A stretch of DNA of 64,000 nt from Pelomyxa schiedti. Taxonomy: Eukaryota; Protista; Evosea. How positions within the stretch are numbered: position 1 is the first letter of the stretch; each line of letters opens with the position of its first letter. Shown piece by piece: positions 47,311 through 60,377 of the stretch. The notes below the pieces were generated by a model, which had not been told where the DNA came from, did no database searches, and was given only the letters and a program-made list of their open reading frames with translations. Where the stretch lies: the NCBI GenBank assembly GCA_020536535.1, contig JAHLWZ010000346.1:1-64000 (forward strand), read 5' to 3'. The position numbers were made by a program, and so were the translations under genes.

Positions 47311-49699
47311 AACTAACAAAGTGAGTGAGACTACCGAGGACTTCAAGGGAAAGAAAAATAACCTTGTGCCAATAAGGGAAGATCTACCACAGTGAAAGGC
47401 ATTGTTGCTCGTATAGGGAATGACTGTTGATGAGAAGATATTGCTGTCGCTTTGTGTTGTATTGGCTTTTTATTTTGCTTTGTGTGGGGAATGGATTTTT
47501 AATAAGCATAGAGCAGCAGCTTTAATACCCAAAATTCTCCCCTCCTGTATTAGTTAGTGTTCTACAGGCACACCTTTGTATCCGAGGAGCTTTTTTGGTG
47601 GAAATGAATTTTTTTGTGCAAAGGACAAAATTCAAAATCTCCTGGGTCAATGGCACACAATGATGGCCACTCAAAAGAGTTCTGTTCGCCTGTGAGACTA
47701 CATAGTATGAAAATTGCCAAAAGAATGGGCATAATACCGAGACGATTTCTGGTGTTGTTTTTTTGCGGTGGTAGTGGTAGGTACTCCCAGAATTCCAGTC
47801 CCCTCAGTTGATGATGGCGTGGTGTGCTTTTTCCAAGTTGGGATTTTATCCTGTTGTTCTGTGTGATGTTTTTCTGATTAGTTCGTTCAATCATCAAAAA
47901 AAACGGTTTCGGTTGGATGCACCGACACAGCGGATGTGCTCAAGGTCACCAACACAACTGCCAACAAAGTGACCATAAAAGAATGAGACGCGCAAGAGAG
48001 ATTTCCATTACCATGGAGAATTCCAACAGAATGGAAAAATGCCCACAAACACAGCCCCACGCACGGTACTGGCATATTTTCTCCACTCACGTGACTCAAC
48101 TCCGTCGCCCGCAATACATGTCATGTTGAAATGTCAATTCCCCAAGACACGCGATCCCATAGCCACAACTGTGACGAGTGCCGAAACAAATCCCCACTTC
48201 GGAAGCTGCAGCCTCATCGTCAACTCAAACACGGCGGCTCTCCACGCGCAACAATGTCCAACAACCACAACCAGCCAATGGCGTAATCAGGGCACGTTGG
48301 CAACCACCACGAACGATCCCACGTGTGACTGCGCGTCGCAACAGCGCCAGCAACAACCGCACCGCACAACCCCACGTCGCATCATCACCACCACGTTCAT
48401 CACAACCACGTCCAGCCAGATCCATTTTTGTCTCATTTTATATGTCCCTCCGGAGTTGCCAAAAAATGGATTCGCTGAGTTAGCTATGTCTCTGCCGGAG
48501 TTGCAAATATTTCCCGCACAGGTAAAAGACAAAAAAACGCCGCTAAATCATAAAACACAAAAAAACCAAAACAACCAACATCGCCAACGACTACTACCGC
48601 GACCAGAGACTAACGCGTACGACGACTGCTACTAGACTAAAACTAAACCAACCGTAACAACGTGTTTTTTTTCCCTGTTTGCGTTTTTCTTTCTCGCCGT
48701 AACTAAATTAAAAGTATTGCAATTTTTTGTCATACAACTCACAAAAAGAAAATGAATACCTCAAAAAACGCAAATTAATACCAAGTGGATTCACACAATT
48801 ATTAAAACTTAGCAGAACGGTAAATACACCACTCCTATTTACATATCCAAGTACTAGGAATCTACTTCTTTGGCATACAGAGTGGCTCTCTCTACTAATG
48901 AAGAAGGTAACGAGTACACTTGCACTTGTAGCACCATCACTAACCGGTTTTCTACTGCAGGGGAACCCACGGGATCCAGCCACCACTGACAACAACCAAC
49001 CCCACCAAGGTTTTTGGGGTGGTTTGTTGCCAGTTGTTTTCTGTGGCTGATGAGAAAAGAACCACCTCATCGACTTCAAAATTTTCGCGGAATTATCGAA
49101 TCAAATCGACTGGCTACTCACCAGGATCGTCAAAGCTGCAGACCATAACCAACAACCCTAGCTGTAAACAACAACCACAGAGTGCCTTTACATATGTTTT
49201 TTCTTTTGTGTGTTTTTTTGTGATAGTAGATTGTTGGTGTTGGGGTATGTGGAGAGGAAGAGCAAATAGCCGGGATGGCGGGTGCCGGGACGCCGTGGCT
49301 GTGAGGTACCAGCACCGATTGTGGGAGGCGTGGACCCGGGATTCGAACGACGACTTCTTCAATCCCTGTGTTATGGGTGCCTCTTGCTTGTTTGCCCCAC
49401 TGATGGAATCGAACGGGTGCTAATGTTGTTCTTCTGTTGCTTCACTGCTGCTGCTTATGTCTCACAAGAACTGTCACATTTTTGAGGATGAAAGATTTTT
49501 TGCCAAGGGCCTGCAGCATTCCTCAACAATCTACTAGAAGTGGTTCTTGCAAAACAATAGAGATAGAGTTGTTCGGGTAATTCCAGGTTTGTATGATGCT
49601 TGAAATCAATCCCTCATTACTGTTGCATCCATCATCTGGGGCAGGTTTATGAACGCTGATGCTTGCTATGCAGGGTGGAATAATTCAGCTGGAATAAGC

Positions 49700-52600
49700 G
49701 GTAGTAATGTATTTACTCAGGGGTGCAGATGGCTGGTGGAACGATCGGTTCCGCTTCAGGAACTGGAATATTAGTATGCGGTTCAATATGCATCTGTGCT
49801 CGGTGCAATATTCGTACTCGTAGTAGTGTTTTCTGCTGTAGTCTGGGATGGAAGGAATGTCAGATTGCAGTGCAGGTGCTTTCTGGCTTACGTTGTCTTT
49901 GGGAATGATCCTTGCGTTCCCACACATCCCATTGAGCTTCTGAAGATCGAGCATTACCTTGAAACTTGACTTTGAATTCTTCTCCATGCCGCGGGTTACT
50001 CTGTGCATCAATATTTGTTCTTGCTTGTACACAGTCTCGACGTTGTCCTTCTATATAACTTCAATCTAGCAACGTGGACAGTTTCTTCCATCCGGGAAGG
50101 TCCAAAATCAGTACACGGAGTTAACTGAGTTGGGCCTTTGATGAATTCGGTATGGTCCATTCCACTTGAGTAGACCAGCTCTTTCAGTTGATTTGGTGAT
50201 GCTTTCAGCATGACCTTGGTAACACCAACATCCATACATAGCCTTTGGCTAGTTTTGTGACTCTTCTTTTCATTGCCAGATGTTGACGTTCTTTCTCATG
50301 TGCTTGCTTTTTCTCACGAACTCCTTGTCTCTGCTGCAACAACAATTGTGTCAGGTAGTTTATTATCTTCTGTGAAGTTAGCTCCTGTCTCAAAATCAAT
50401 AGGTAAATTAGCTTCGCGACCATGATCCACAAAGAATGGTGTTTCATTGGTCAGTTTCCAAGGTTCGGGAACACATAATTTCAAACAAACTCTTAGTGGC
50501 TTTCTTATTCTTAGCAGGCTTCTCGAGATGACGATTTCTCATCTTGGGTTGTATGTATACCAGCGCTTCAAGTTCAGCTTGCTTTTTTTTATAGCGTGTA
50601 CACCTCTAGACTCTCCCCTTTACAAGCCCGCCATACATCTTGCCGTAATGAGCATCTTCTTGTCGAGCTTGTGAGAAGTCCGGGTAGCTGATCAGTGTCT
50701 AACACCACACAGCAAATGTGCCCCATGTAGTGGGTGTGTAACTCTTCCCTGATCGTTTTCTTCAGGAACTTCCTTATGATTCACTCAGTTAAACCATCTG
50801 AAATACTTAGCGTCTACTGACAAACAACAATAGGTGCAATCTCGCCATTGGCTTTAAAAAAAAAAGTCAAGGTAGCCACCAGTACATTATCATCAGAGGC
50901 ATCAGTCTCTAAAATTGGAATTCACGAGACCAATCCGGATAATAATGGGATACTGGTGCCGTCGCCAATGCGGTCTTCAGTAATTCCAAAAAAAACTCAT
51001 TCTGCCCCAATGGAAGGAAGATAGCACCCTTTTTCTTCAAATCCTCCAAGGGAGCAGACAGCTTTGCGAAGTCTTTGTGACAAAACTGTCTGTAGTATCC
51101 CACCAATCCTAGAAAACTTCTAATCTCCGCGGTATTAGTTGGAGTTTGAATGCCATTTACAGCAATCACTTTTCCTGGATCAGGTGCTCTTAGTCCGCTC
51201 TGTCCAACAATATATGTCCAAGGTACTTAAGCTCTTGTCTTGTGCGAACTGACATTTGGATTTGTAGCACTCGCTTCCTCAATGGCAAGTGAGCACCTTG
51301 TCCACCCATCCAAGGTGTTCTTCAAAGGTACCTTTCGGGAATATCACAACATCATCTATGTACACCATACAGTGAAGCGGCATTAGTCTGGCTAGAACGA
51401 CGACATTCATCAAGCGGAAAGGTAGCTGGAGCATTGGTCAACCCAAAGGGCATGACCCTAAAACTCATACAGTACAGCCCAGAGCGTGTACGAAACGCGG
51501 ACCCCTAGCTCTTCTTGCTTCAGCCGTCAGGTCAACTTGCCAGTATCCAAATTTGAGATCCAACCCCGTGAACAGGTTGGAACCCACCCCCCACCCCTGC
51601 CCCCAGATTGTCCAGCATCCTATGCGAGGCAGGGTATAGACAACCTTCGTGGGGACCTCGTTCAGGGCTCTATAATCAACACAGAATCTTCTCATGCTGT
51701 GCCATCCGGTTTGCGTGCTAGGACAACCAGAGCTGGCCCAAGGACTAGTGGAAGTTGTTGGATAACTCCTTGTTGGGAAAGCATTTTGGTAGTAACTTCC
51801 TTTTCAATCAACTCCTGTTGAGCAGGTGCCTTATGATACATAGGTAAAGCAATTGGAACTGCGGTGCCTGTCTCCTCAATAGGAATACTGTAGTATGTAT
51901 GTCCAGTGACAACACCATCACTACATGCGTGAAGGTGTTTCATCAACAATGCTTTGTTTGATTAGCCTTGGCTGGGATTCCTCAAGTGGTTCCATATTCA
52001 AGCCACGTATCCAATCCCGTTTCTTGTACATACCTCCAGGTATAACAAACAACACTCCTTGACATTCCTCTCCTTTAACCTCCTGCCTAGAGAGATGTAG
52101 GGTTTGTAACCAGTATGGGGTATTCTTCCCCATCTCATCCACCTTAGCCACCACACCACTGCTGCGCAGAGAGTCTCTTGGCTCGAGGGTTCCAGCTCCA
52201 CCACCAGAACTTCATCACCAACACTGAACTTGCCAGAGCGGATCTTTTGTATAGTGTATGACCTTGCTGAGATTTCCCCTTCTTTTCAAAGAGATACTTG
52301 CCATCTGAGCTCCCCATGAACTCAGATTACAATGTATAGCCAGGATGATGTATGCCATACATCTTCATCAGACTTCTCTCCTTGCAATCAATACGAGCTC
52401 CTTGCTCAGCGCTGAGCCAGTCAATTCCCAGAATAACACCGGAACTGTCAGGCCTCGCACAATGTAGCTGCGCAGCATCCGCTCATGTCCCTGAATCCAG
52501 ATAGGAAAGGTGCATAATATGCACCCAATCTGCTCAATCTTAGTGCTATCACCCGCAGCCCTTCTCGCTGGCACTGTCTTCACTTTGAAAGCAGTACGGG

Positions 52601-53650
52601 AATATTCTTCATCAATGAGCGAGACTCATCGGCTCCTGTATCAACTTTTGGCCATTACCTCCACCCCCAGTAGGCAAGCAAGGTTATAGCCATGTCCAGA
52701 GCCACATTTCTTCGTCACAGAACTGCTACCACACTAGGCTTCATAGTGTAGTGTCGTTTGATCTTGTTCCATCTTCTGAATAAAAAAGAGAACTTCTTGC
52801 AAAACAAATAGTGCGGTTGATTCTTCCAGTATCTCCTCTGCTTCAATTTATCAGGCTCAGGTGCTGTAGGCTTATTAGTAGTAGTAGTTGCCACTATCTA
52901 CAGTTATAACTTGCTTTGGACAATTACGAACTAGATGACCCAGCCCTTGACACTTGAAGCATCTTTTTTCTCGGAATGATGGATGATGCGTCTTTCTTCT
53001 GTGATGTGGACTTGGTTGTGGTGTCGGCTGAGGCGTAGCCTTCAGCCTCTCAAGGGTTGTAGCAAGCTCCAGTGCATCGTACACATATCTATCCTTGACA
53101 GCTATAGTCCTTCTCAAGTGTGGCGCGCAAACCATGACTGAATACATGCATTCAGCTGAAATACTTCCCTGGCTTCACTCAAGTCAGGAATCATTGCCGC
53201 CTTCATCCACACTCACCTTGCTGACCAGAACTGTCCACAATAGTCTCCGTCGGTTCTTGGGGTGCAAATCCATGGAGCTTACTTACTTACCTCAAAGTCG
53301 TCTACACTTGGAAGGAACACCACCAAATCGTTTGAAGAAACAAACATGTTCTCAATTGCTCCACCATTCGTGATGTTCAGAATCTCACAGTGGTCAAGAA
53401 GGAAAACTGGAGTACTATAAACACCATTGCCACCATTCGCCTTGGAGAGTGTCTGTTCCTCGCTCTCCACCATCAAACTTTCGTAGCCTCCAGAACTTAT
53501 ATTCTGCGAAGGGTAAGGCATAGGACATGGGAAAACTGGGCACAAGTGGAAAAATGGATAGACAGGGGAGCTGTTGCGACGCTGTTGGCACATGGCCATG
53601 GGATCAACATTGGTGCGCCATTGTCCACATTGCGTGATTGGCCACATTTT
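49700..53650 (-). mobile_element. Degenerate Ty3/Gypsy LTR retrotransposon (gag-PR-RT-RH-IN order)
   Basis: Gag knuckle CFKCQGLGHLVRNC; protease VDTGA; RT RFCVDYRALN, LDLKFGYWQV, MPFGLTNAPATF, VYIDDVVI; RT/RNase H region IRSFLGLVGYYRQF; integrase C-terminus ETPFFVDHGREANLPID and VHVARLKLY. Many frameshifts; LTRs not identified. Confidence 0.92.
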
Positions 53651-55179
53651 GAGCCTTCACGTTACGACTGTGACCCACATTTTGATTGTCCGCCGCATTG
53701 TCACCGTTCACAACCAGCAGGGGACCACTGGCGTGGCCGTATCACAAATGTTTCGTTCGTTCGCTCAGATCTCGCGTTGCGTTTCGTTCGTAGGCGTGCG
53801 TGATTCCGATGTTCGTGATGGTATGTTCGTAGAACCACCACGTTCCGTGTACGCTTACGCTGATCGGCTCGTACGAGTTCGTATCTACGTGAGAGACGAG
53901 TAGCTGCCGCGCTCCGGTTTGTTTATTCGCTTGTGTGCAGATGTTGCCGTGGCCAATTTTTTTCGAAGTGCCGTGGGCGCCGCGTCACGCGAGTCGTTAT
54001 CGCCGTCATTTCTCTCGATCATTAATAAAAAAAAGGTCTTTGGAACGGCCAATTTTCTGCCGTTTTGGTTTGATTATTTTGTCTTGTCGTTGCTGCGGGG
54101 ACGGACAGTACACGGATGGGGCAGTGGGGTGGAAGTAGCAAACACAAACTCCGTCCGTCCATTATTATGGGACAATCACTGCCGGCACGCGGGGGCGGCG
54201 AGTGTGCGAGTCGTTCTGCCGAGTGAATGACATGACACTCAACGTACAGCACCAAGAACGCGTGTGGTGGACTGTAGTGTGAAGGCGCCGCGCGTGGCGT
54301 TTTTCAGGCTGAGTGGGCACCTATGTCACGGACGAGTGTGATGACGTCGTCATCTATTCTTCTCGTGGGCGGGCGTTCAGAACATCCCCCACTTTTATCA
54401 TCTCCTCTCATTCGTGACTGAAGGACACTCCAGCCTGCCTGCCTGCCTCACTTTCTGAATGAATGAATGAAGGAAGGAAAGGAATATTGGAACTATTGGA
54501 ATCCTTCTTTAATCGTACCCCACTGCAGTGGTGCAGTCACACAGACAACAACTACGCGAGAGCTTCAAAGCAGTAACAATCTTTAGTTATCAGTTTTTCT
54601 TTGGTGCCACTCCCGCAAGTGAGATGGAATTCTTAAGAAGCACCCAATCATACGGGAGTGCACCGGGACCCTGCCACATATCTCTGGAATCACAGTGAGG
54701 ACACTGGCATCAAAGAAGCTAAGCAACCTGGCCTCTCCAAATAACAAGAGTCGCCTCATCCTGCCCCCTTGCCAAACAAAAAGGTAAGAGAAGCTCTCGT
54801 ACGAATTCCCACAACTAAAAAAACAAACAGTGGATCTCTTTACCGCCGACTCCAACTCCAACTCCGACTCCGAATTCCGTACTTTGCCAACAAAAAAACC
54901 CTCACATGACACAGCAAGTTCTGTTCTCCACGAATTGGAAACACCCAGACGAGTCCGCCCCGTTTCCTCATCCAAAAAGGTAAGAAGTTCTCGTACACAA
55001 CTAATTCATTACCCCAACAACAAGGAGTCAGTTGTGGACTTCTGCCAACGAGCTCTGCTGCGCCCCTGATTGAACAATATACCCTCCACCAAGCACCCCT
55101 CATCGACGAGTTTCCTTCCAATTCTGTTGACCATTAATTGTTCGGGTCCGTTGATTACTTTTTTTTTTGTAGTCGATCA

Positions 55180-58100
55180 ATGCGGGGGATGGCAACGAAC
55201 GGCAGCGGAAACGCGCAGGGGCCTCCGGGGGCCATGTTGCCGTCGACAAAGGACAACACGGTGTTCAACGGCGCCCCGGTGGCCAGTGGCGCCATGCTAG
55301 GGGGGGCTTCGCTGGCCCCCTCCGCAGCTCTCACCGGGGGGCCCCGCACGCCCTCGGGGAGGGGAGCTCCGGCGGCCTCGCTGATAGGGTCGCTGGCCGC
55401 CGGGGTTGCCAGGCAGCAGCAGCAGCAACAACAACAAGGGACAGGGGCACAAAGGCAAGGCGGCGGCGGGGGGCGTGGGGGAATGGGGACTGCTGCTGCT
55501 GCTACCACGGGCGGGCTGCGGGAGAGGGAGAGGCAGGGGCAAGAGGAGGGCGGGGGCGCCACGCCTGCCGAGACAATAGCCTTCTTGGAGGACACTGGTT
55601 TGTGTGTTCTGTTTATTGTTGGCTGCCGTTAATTTTTGTGGGCCTGCTTTGATTGATACTGTACGGTGGCTATTTTTTTTTTTTTTTTTAATAGGTGTAC
55701 TACTTGTACTACGTAGAACCCTAATGCAATTAATTGGGTAACTCTCTATTTTTCTTAGTGAGAAGGCTTCATGCTGAACTTGGAAGGTGGCAGCTGAAGT
55801 ACCCAGGTGGATTGAATTCACCAAGGAATGGTGACCAAGATGACAGTGATGACGGTGGAGAGGCAGTGGATCAGGGACTTCCCTTGTGGATGAAGGACCC
55901 AAAGGCAGTCTCCCCGCTTTTTCGTGCTTATGACAACAAGATAAGCACCCTTGAGTCACAGCTGTCTCGATGCAAAGTTAGCTCACCAACTTTTAAATAC
56001 AAGTGGTAAAAACATGTCTCAGGAAGAAGTATCTAAACTTGAAACCCAAGTCCAAGACGTGATTGGTGAAAATGAGAGTCTCATGAAACAGTTAAAGAAC
56101 GCCTATGGTGGATTCCAGGATGATACTGAACCAAGACCGACACTGGAAACATGGTACTTTCTGCGTAGTTTACCACCAGTTAAATTTTCGCTATGAAGGC
56201 GAGAACTCCAAAACCGACTCCAAATATTGGAAGAAGAAAATGAAGTTTTTTTCCAACAGCAACAACTCAAAGTATCTGAGCATGCAGAGGCTCTAAAAGA
56301 ATTGCAGGATTTGACTTCCAAATGTTTCCCTCTCCAGAAATCCTCTTTGCTTATGTTATTAAGATGACCAAGCCAGAGCAAAATTACATCAGCTTCAGTC
56401 ACGTGCAGCCGATTTAGAACAAGCAAGATCTCAAATTTCACTCTTGGAAAGGAAAAGAAATTCTTTAGAAGAACAACTCAGATCTTGTAAGAGCGATTCT
56501 GCTGCTCTGGCAGCTTTGAGAATGTGTGTTCCTCGATACATCTGAAAGTGTAACCATGCAAAACAAGTGAGTTCGAGCAACTTAAAACTCAGAAGGATGC
56601 ATTGCAGCAAGAAAATCAAGAACTGTTATCCCGCGAGCATGGATTGTCAAGTGGTGCTGCCACAGCCGAGAGAAAAATTGCAGGTTTACACGTCTTGGAA
56701 ATAGATAAAAGAAATCAAACAGCCCAGTGACTTCAAACAGCACTTACTGAACAAAGAGACAGTTTGCAGCGGGAACTTCGGATGGCAAATGCTGACAGAG
56801 ATGAACTGTATAAGGTGTTATCTTCCTAACCACCTTTGGAGTTAAATCTGTTTAGAGTATTGAATCACTCGAAAAACGAATAGCTTCCAGTGAGCAGAGA
56901 GAAGCTGCATCTCTAAGAAGGATGAATGAATGTGAAGAGCAGGCATGAATTGATTATTTCTACCTCTTTACCAAACTGGAAGCAGGTTGAAGAAGCAAAA
57001 CTCGAGCACCAAAAGGCTGTGCTTTCTGAACAAAAGGCACTTGCGGAAGCGCAAAAAGCCACTGAACAGTTTTCTGTGGAAACAGAAAAATTGAAGGAAC
57101 ACTACACAGCAGAACTCGGCACGTATGCCTTTTCAATCAACTTTGAGGTATTCCAACATACAAGGAAAAAGATACAAAGCACAAGCCGATGCCAAAACAT
57201 CAAGACTTCAGAATGAGATCAATGAACTTCAAGTATGTTGCATTCTCAAGAAAAGGAATTTTTTTATGGTAACCGAGCACAAGGTTTCCAACGCAACACT
57301 TACAGCAGAAATCGACAGAAGAAAACGAGAAAAACGATCTTTGGAGCTTGAATTGGATAGGTTGCATAAAGTTCCCGAGACAGAGTTGCAGAACTATCGC
57401 TCTCGGCTTGATGAAGCTGATTCTCGCCTTGCGGCGGTTATACGGGAAAAAGACACTGCTGTAATCAACGCCCAGAGGTATGCAAACAGCTTCTCAGTGA
57501 ACATTACTCTCATTGCGGCTTTTTCCTCTCCTTACATAATTCTGTTCTCCTGTCATGTCTCCAAAAACAACCAACCCATACGACGCTGGAATGTGTTGTG
57601 GTTACCCGCTAAGAAACCTTCGATAGAGTTGAAAATGATCTCGCCAAAGTCAACAAATCTTCACTGCAGGATAAAGAACAACTGAATATGCAGATACAAG
57701 AACTTCAACAAAGGATCCGTGCCCACGAGCAGACCATTCAAGCTCAAAAGGTAATATGTGTTATGCCTGTTCCCAACATGCTAACTGCTTTTTTTCTTTT
57801 TTTTTACAGAACGAGATTCAAAATACAACTGAATCCATTGATCAACTGGAGAATGACCTCAAATCAGCAATTTCAGAGAAAGAGGCAAGTGAGAGGTCTC
57901 TACTCTCAGAAAAGGATTTAACCACCAAGTCTCTTCAATCTCAGGTTGTTAGATTTGCCAATCTTCTGCCATAATTGTTGACGTAAACAAAGATTCAAAA
58001 CTTACAACAAAGACTGGAAGAGAGTGAAGTTTCTAGAAAGCAAGCACTTGAGCAACACAACACTATTGTATCTTCACAAACCTCCATGCGCGCAAAATGG

Positions 58101-59116
58101 TGACTCGAACACAGAGTTTCCCCTCTTCCTAAATATGCTTTGTTACCCTTAGGAAAGAAGACCTGCAATCAACAACAGCTCGGTTTCAAAAAGCACTCAA
58201 GGAAATCGAATTTCAGAAAGCAAAACTACAAGACCAAAACGAAGCACTCTCTCTTCAGCTCACTCAACTTTCCGCACAAAGGAATTCACACTCCATGCAA
58301 GACAGTGAATTCCGCCGGGTTTGTATCCCTCGATATTTCCCCAAACCCCAGCACAACACACTAACACAAACTAACAACTGCACCAAAAACCAGACCGTCG
58401 AAAAATACCAGAAGAAATACGAAATGGCGGAGCGGAACCTCGCCCAGCTCGCCGGCCGCGAGCAAGAATACATCCAGTCGCAGCAGGTTCTGGTCAGCGA
58501 GCACGCCAAGGTCTCAGCGGAGCGCGACCAGCTTCTGGCCGAGCGAGACCGGCTGCGGCGGGACCTGCGCGAGACCAGCATGGAGCTGCAGCAGCAGCAG
58601 ACGCCGCACCAGGCCCTCCAGTCCTCGATGAACTCGCTGAGGCTGCAGCGGGACCAGGCCCTGGAGAGGGTTGCTATGCTCGAGGCCCTCGTGGCTCGCC
58701 TAAGGGACGAGAAGCACCAGCTCACCTCGAAGCTAAGAGCCTTGCCTCTGGGTGGATTTTGATGGGCTTCTTTTGGTGTTGGTTATTGTACAGTGACCCT
58801 ACGAGACAGAACTCAATCGGTGGCTCGGGAATTACACAAACTAAAACTACACAACAGTTCTGCTCTTTTCTGGGGAACCACTCCGGTTGTTGCACCTGCT
58901 GCGCCGGCATTATGGGCCGCCGCGGCTTCGTGCTCACCGCCGTGGCGCCAAGGGGGATGGGGAGGAGGCCATCACCGCGACCGCCGACTGGTTGAGAGGG
59001 GGAGTCGAGGACGCCGTTCGCGGCCGCTGATGGACTCGACACCCCGGGATACGGGCCGATACCTCGCCCACGACCGAGGCAACATCAAAGTTTCTAAAAA
59101 AAAAGTACATGAATAA
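55180..59116 (+). CDS. CEP89 (CCDC123)-like coiled-coil centriolar protein
   Basis: LPLWMKDPKAVSPLFRAYDNKI...VQDVIGENESLMKQL...LQILEEENEV resembles the conserved CEP89 N-terminal block, followed by a long spliced coiled-coil. Both ends are uncertain (stop at 58762 or 59116). Confidence 0.65.
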
Positions 59117-59446
59117 ATTCTTTACTGAGGTTGTGGCAAGTCAGTCTTTGAGACTGGGAGCCAGGGGAGGCTAGGGGTTACAGCAGTAACAACGTTCCCG
59201 CAGTCGCGTTACATGTAAAACACAAGGCCACGGTTGACCATGGGAAATTCCCAAATCTTAAAATGGCGCCAAAAAAAGGATCATACAGAAACAATAAGGA
59301 AAAATAAAAATAATAAAAAAAACAATAAGGAAAAATAAAAATTATAACAAGTGCGAAAGCAACAGCACCTCCGGCAATGCAGCAAGCCGTACTCCGGCAA
59401 AGCAAAGGAAAGCACGTAAGAACCAAAGAGCCACGTAAACCTCGTA

Positions 59447-59715
59447 TTCTCCAAGCTCTATGTTTGTTGTTCTCTGCCTCTTATTCTCCTTCAATTTGGG
59501 CGATTCCCAAGCTCTATGTTTGTGTTCTCTACTCTATTCTCCTATTCCTCCTCCTATTCCTTCAATTTTGGGCGATTCCCAAGCTCTCTGTTCTCTACTC
59601 TATTCTCCTATTCTCCTTCAATTTTGGGCGATTCCCAAGCTCTACTCTATTCTCCTATTCTCCTTCAATTTGGGTGATTCCCAAGCTCGGCTCTATTCTC
59701 CTATTCCTCCTCCTA
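59447..59715. repeat. Irregular minisatellite with conserved hairpin core TTCAATTT(T)GGGCGATTCCCAAGCTC
   Basis: Four cores at 59490, 59561, 59617 and 59664 (periods 71, 56, 47), separated by related CTATTCTC-type pyrimidine linkers; a partial core at about 59450. Confidence 0.85.
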
Positions 59716-60377
59716 TTCCAGGCCTTTTTCCCTTCTTCTATTACTCCTAGCAAATTCCAGTTCAGCAGCAAATATGTTAACCCCTATAGTGTATTGGCAC
59801 GGGTGGAGAGTAGAAGAATTACATGGAAGGGGTGCAAAGTCCCATGGAATGTGTGGTTGGGTGTACATCGCCGCCGATTGGTTTGAAAAACCCTTATTTT
59901 TCGCTAAGTGGGCTGTATTCCAGACATTGAAACGATTTAGTTTATTGCCATACCTGCAACCACCAAGAAGTCATTACTGTTCTGTTTGTGGATCCCAGTG
60001 TGTGAAGGTTAAAAACGAACTATGCAATAACTGATGTAGATTAGCTAAAGCTGTTTAAGTTTCGCGATCATCCTATCCTCGTAACTGTGTGCATCACGAT
60101 TGGGGAATTGTGAGTACCTGTCTGCTGGGTTGTGTTGCCACTTTAGTCATCTCCAGTGACTCATTTGACCCACACTGAGATGTTTGGGACTATTGCTGAA
60201 GCCTTTTTAGCATGTCCTACATAAGGAAGAGATTTTTGTTTTTTCAAGGCATACACAAATGACCAATCCAGTCAGAACAAAAAAAGAATCACTTGGAACT
60301 ACGCCGCGCTGCCTTCACAACAATAATGTTTTTCTTCAATCTCAACCAAACAGGTCAAATCCCACCTCTGGGAGTGC

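Noticed and set aside
47560-48430. Short ORFs with kinase-like words (FHSVGILHG, AIDPGD)
   Set aside because: The motifs are incomplete, in different frames and without a consistent splice model; possibly decayed sequence.
54230-54400. Possible primer-binding site (minus-strand TGGTGCTGT) and 5' LTR of the Gypsy element
   Set aside because: No matching second LTR was found near 48.6-49.7 kb and there is no clear TG...CA boundary.
59447-59715. CRISPR-like array (palindromic repeat of about 26 bp plus spacers)
   Set aside because: The spacers are related low-complexity variants of each other with uneven lengths, there are no cas genes, and the context is eukaryotic.
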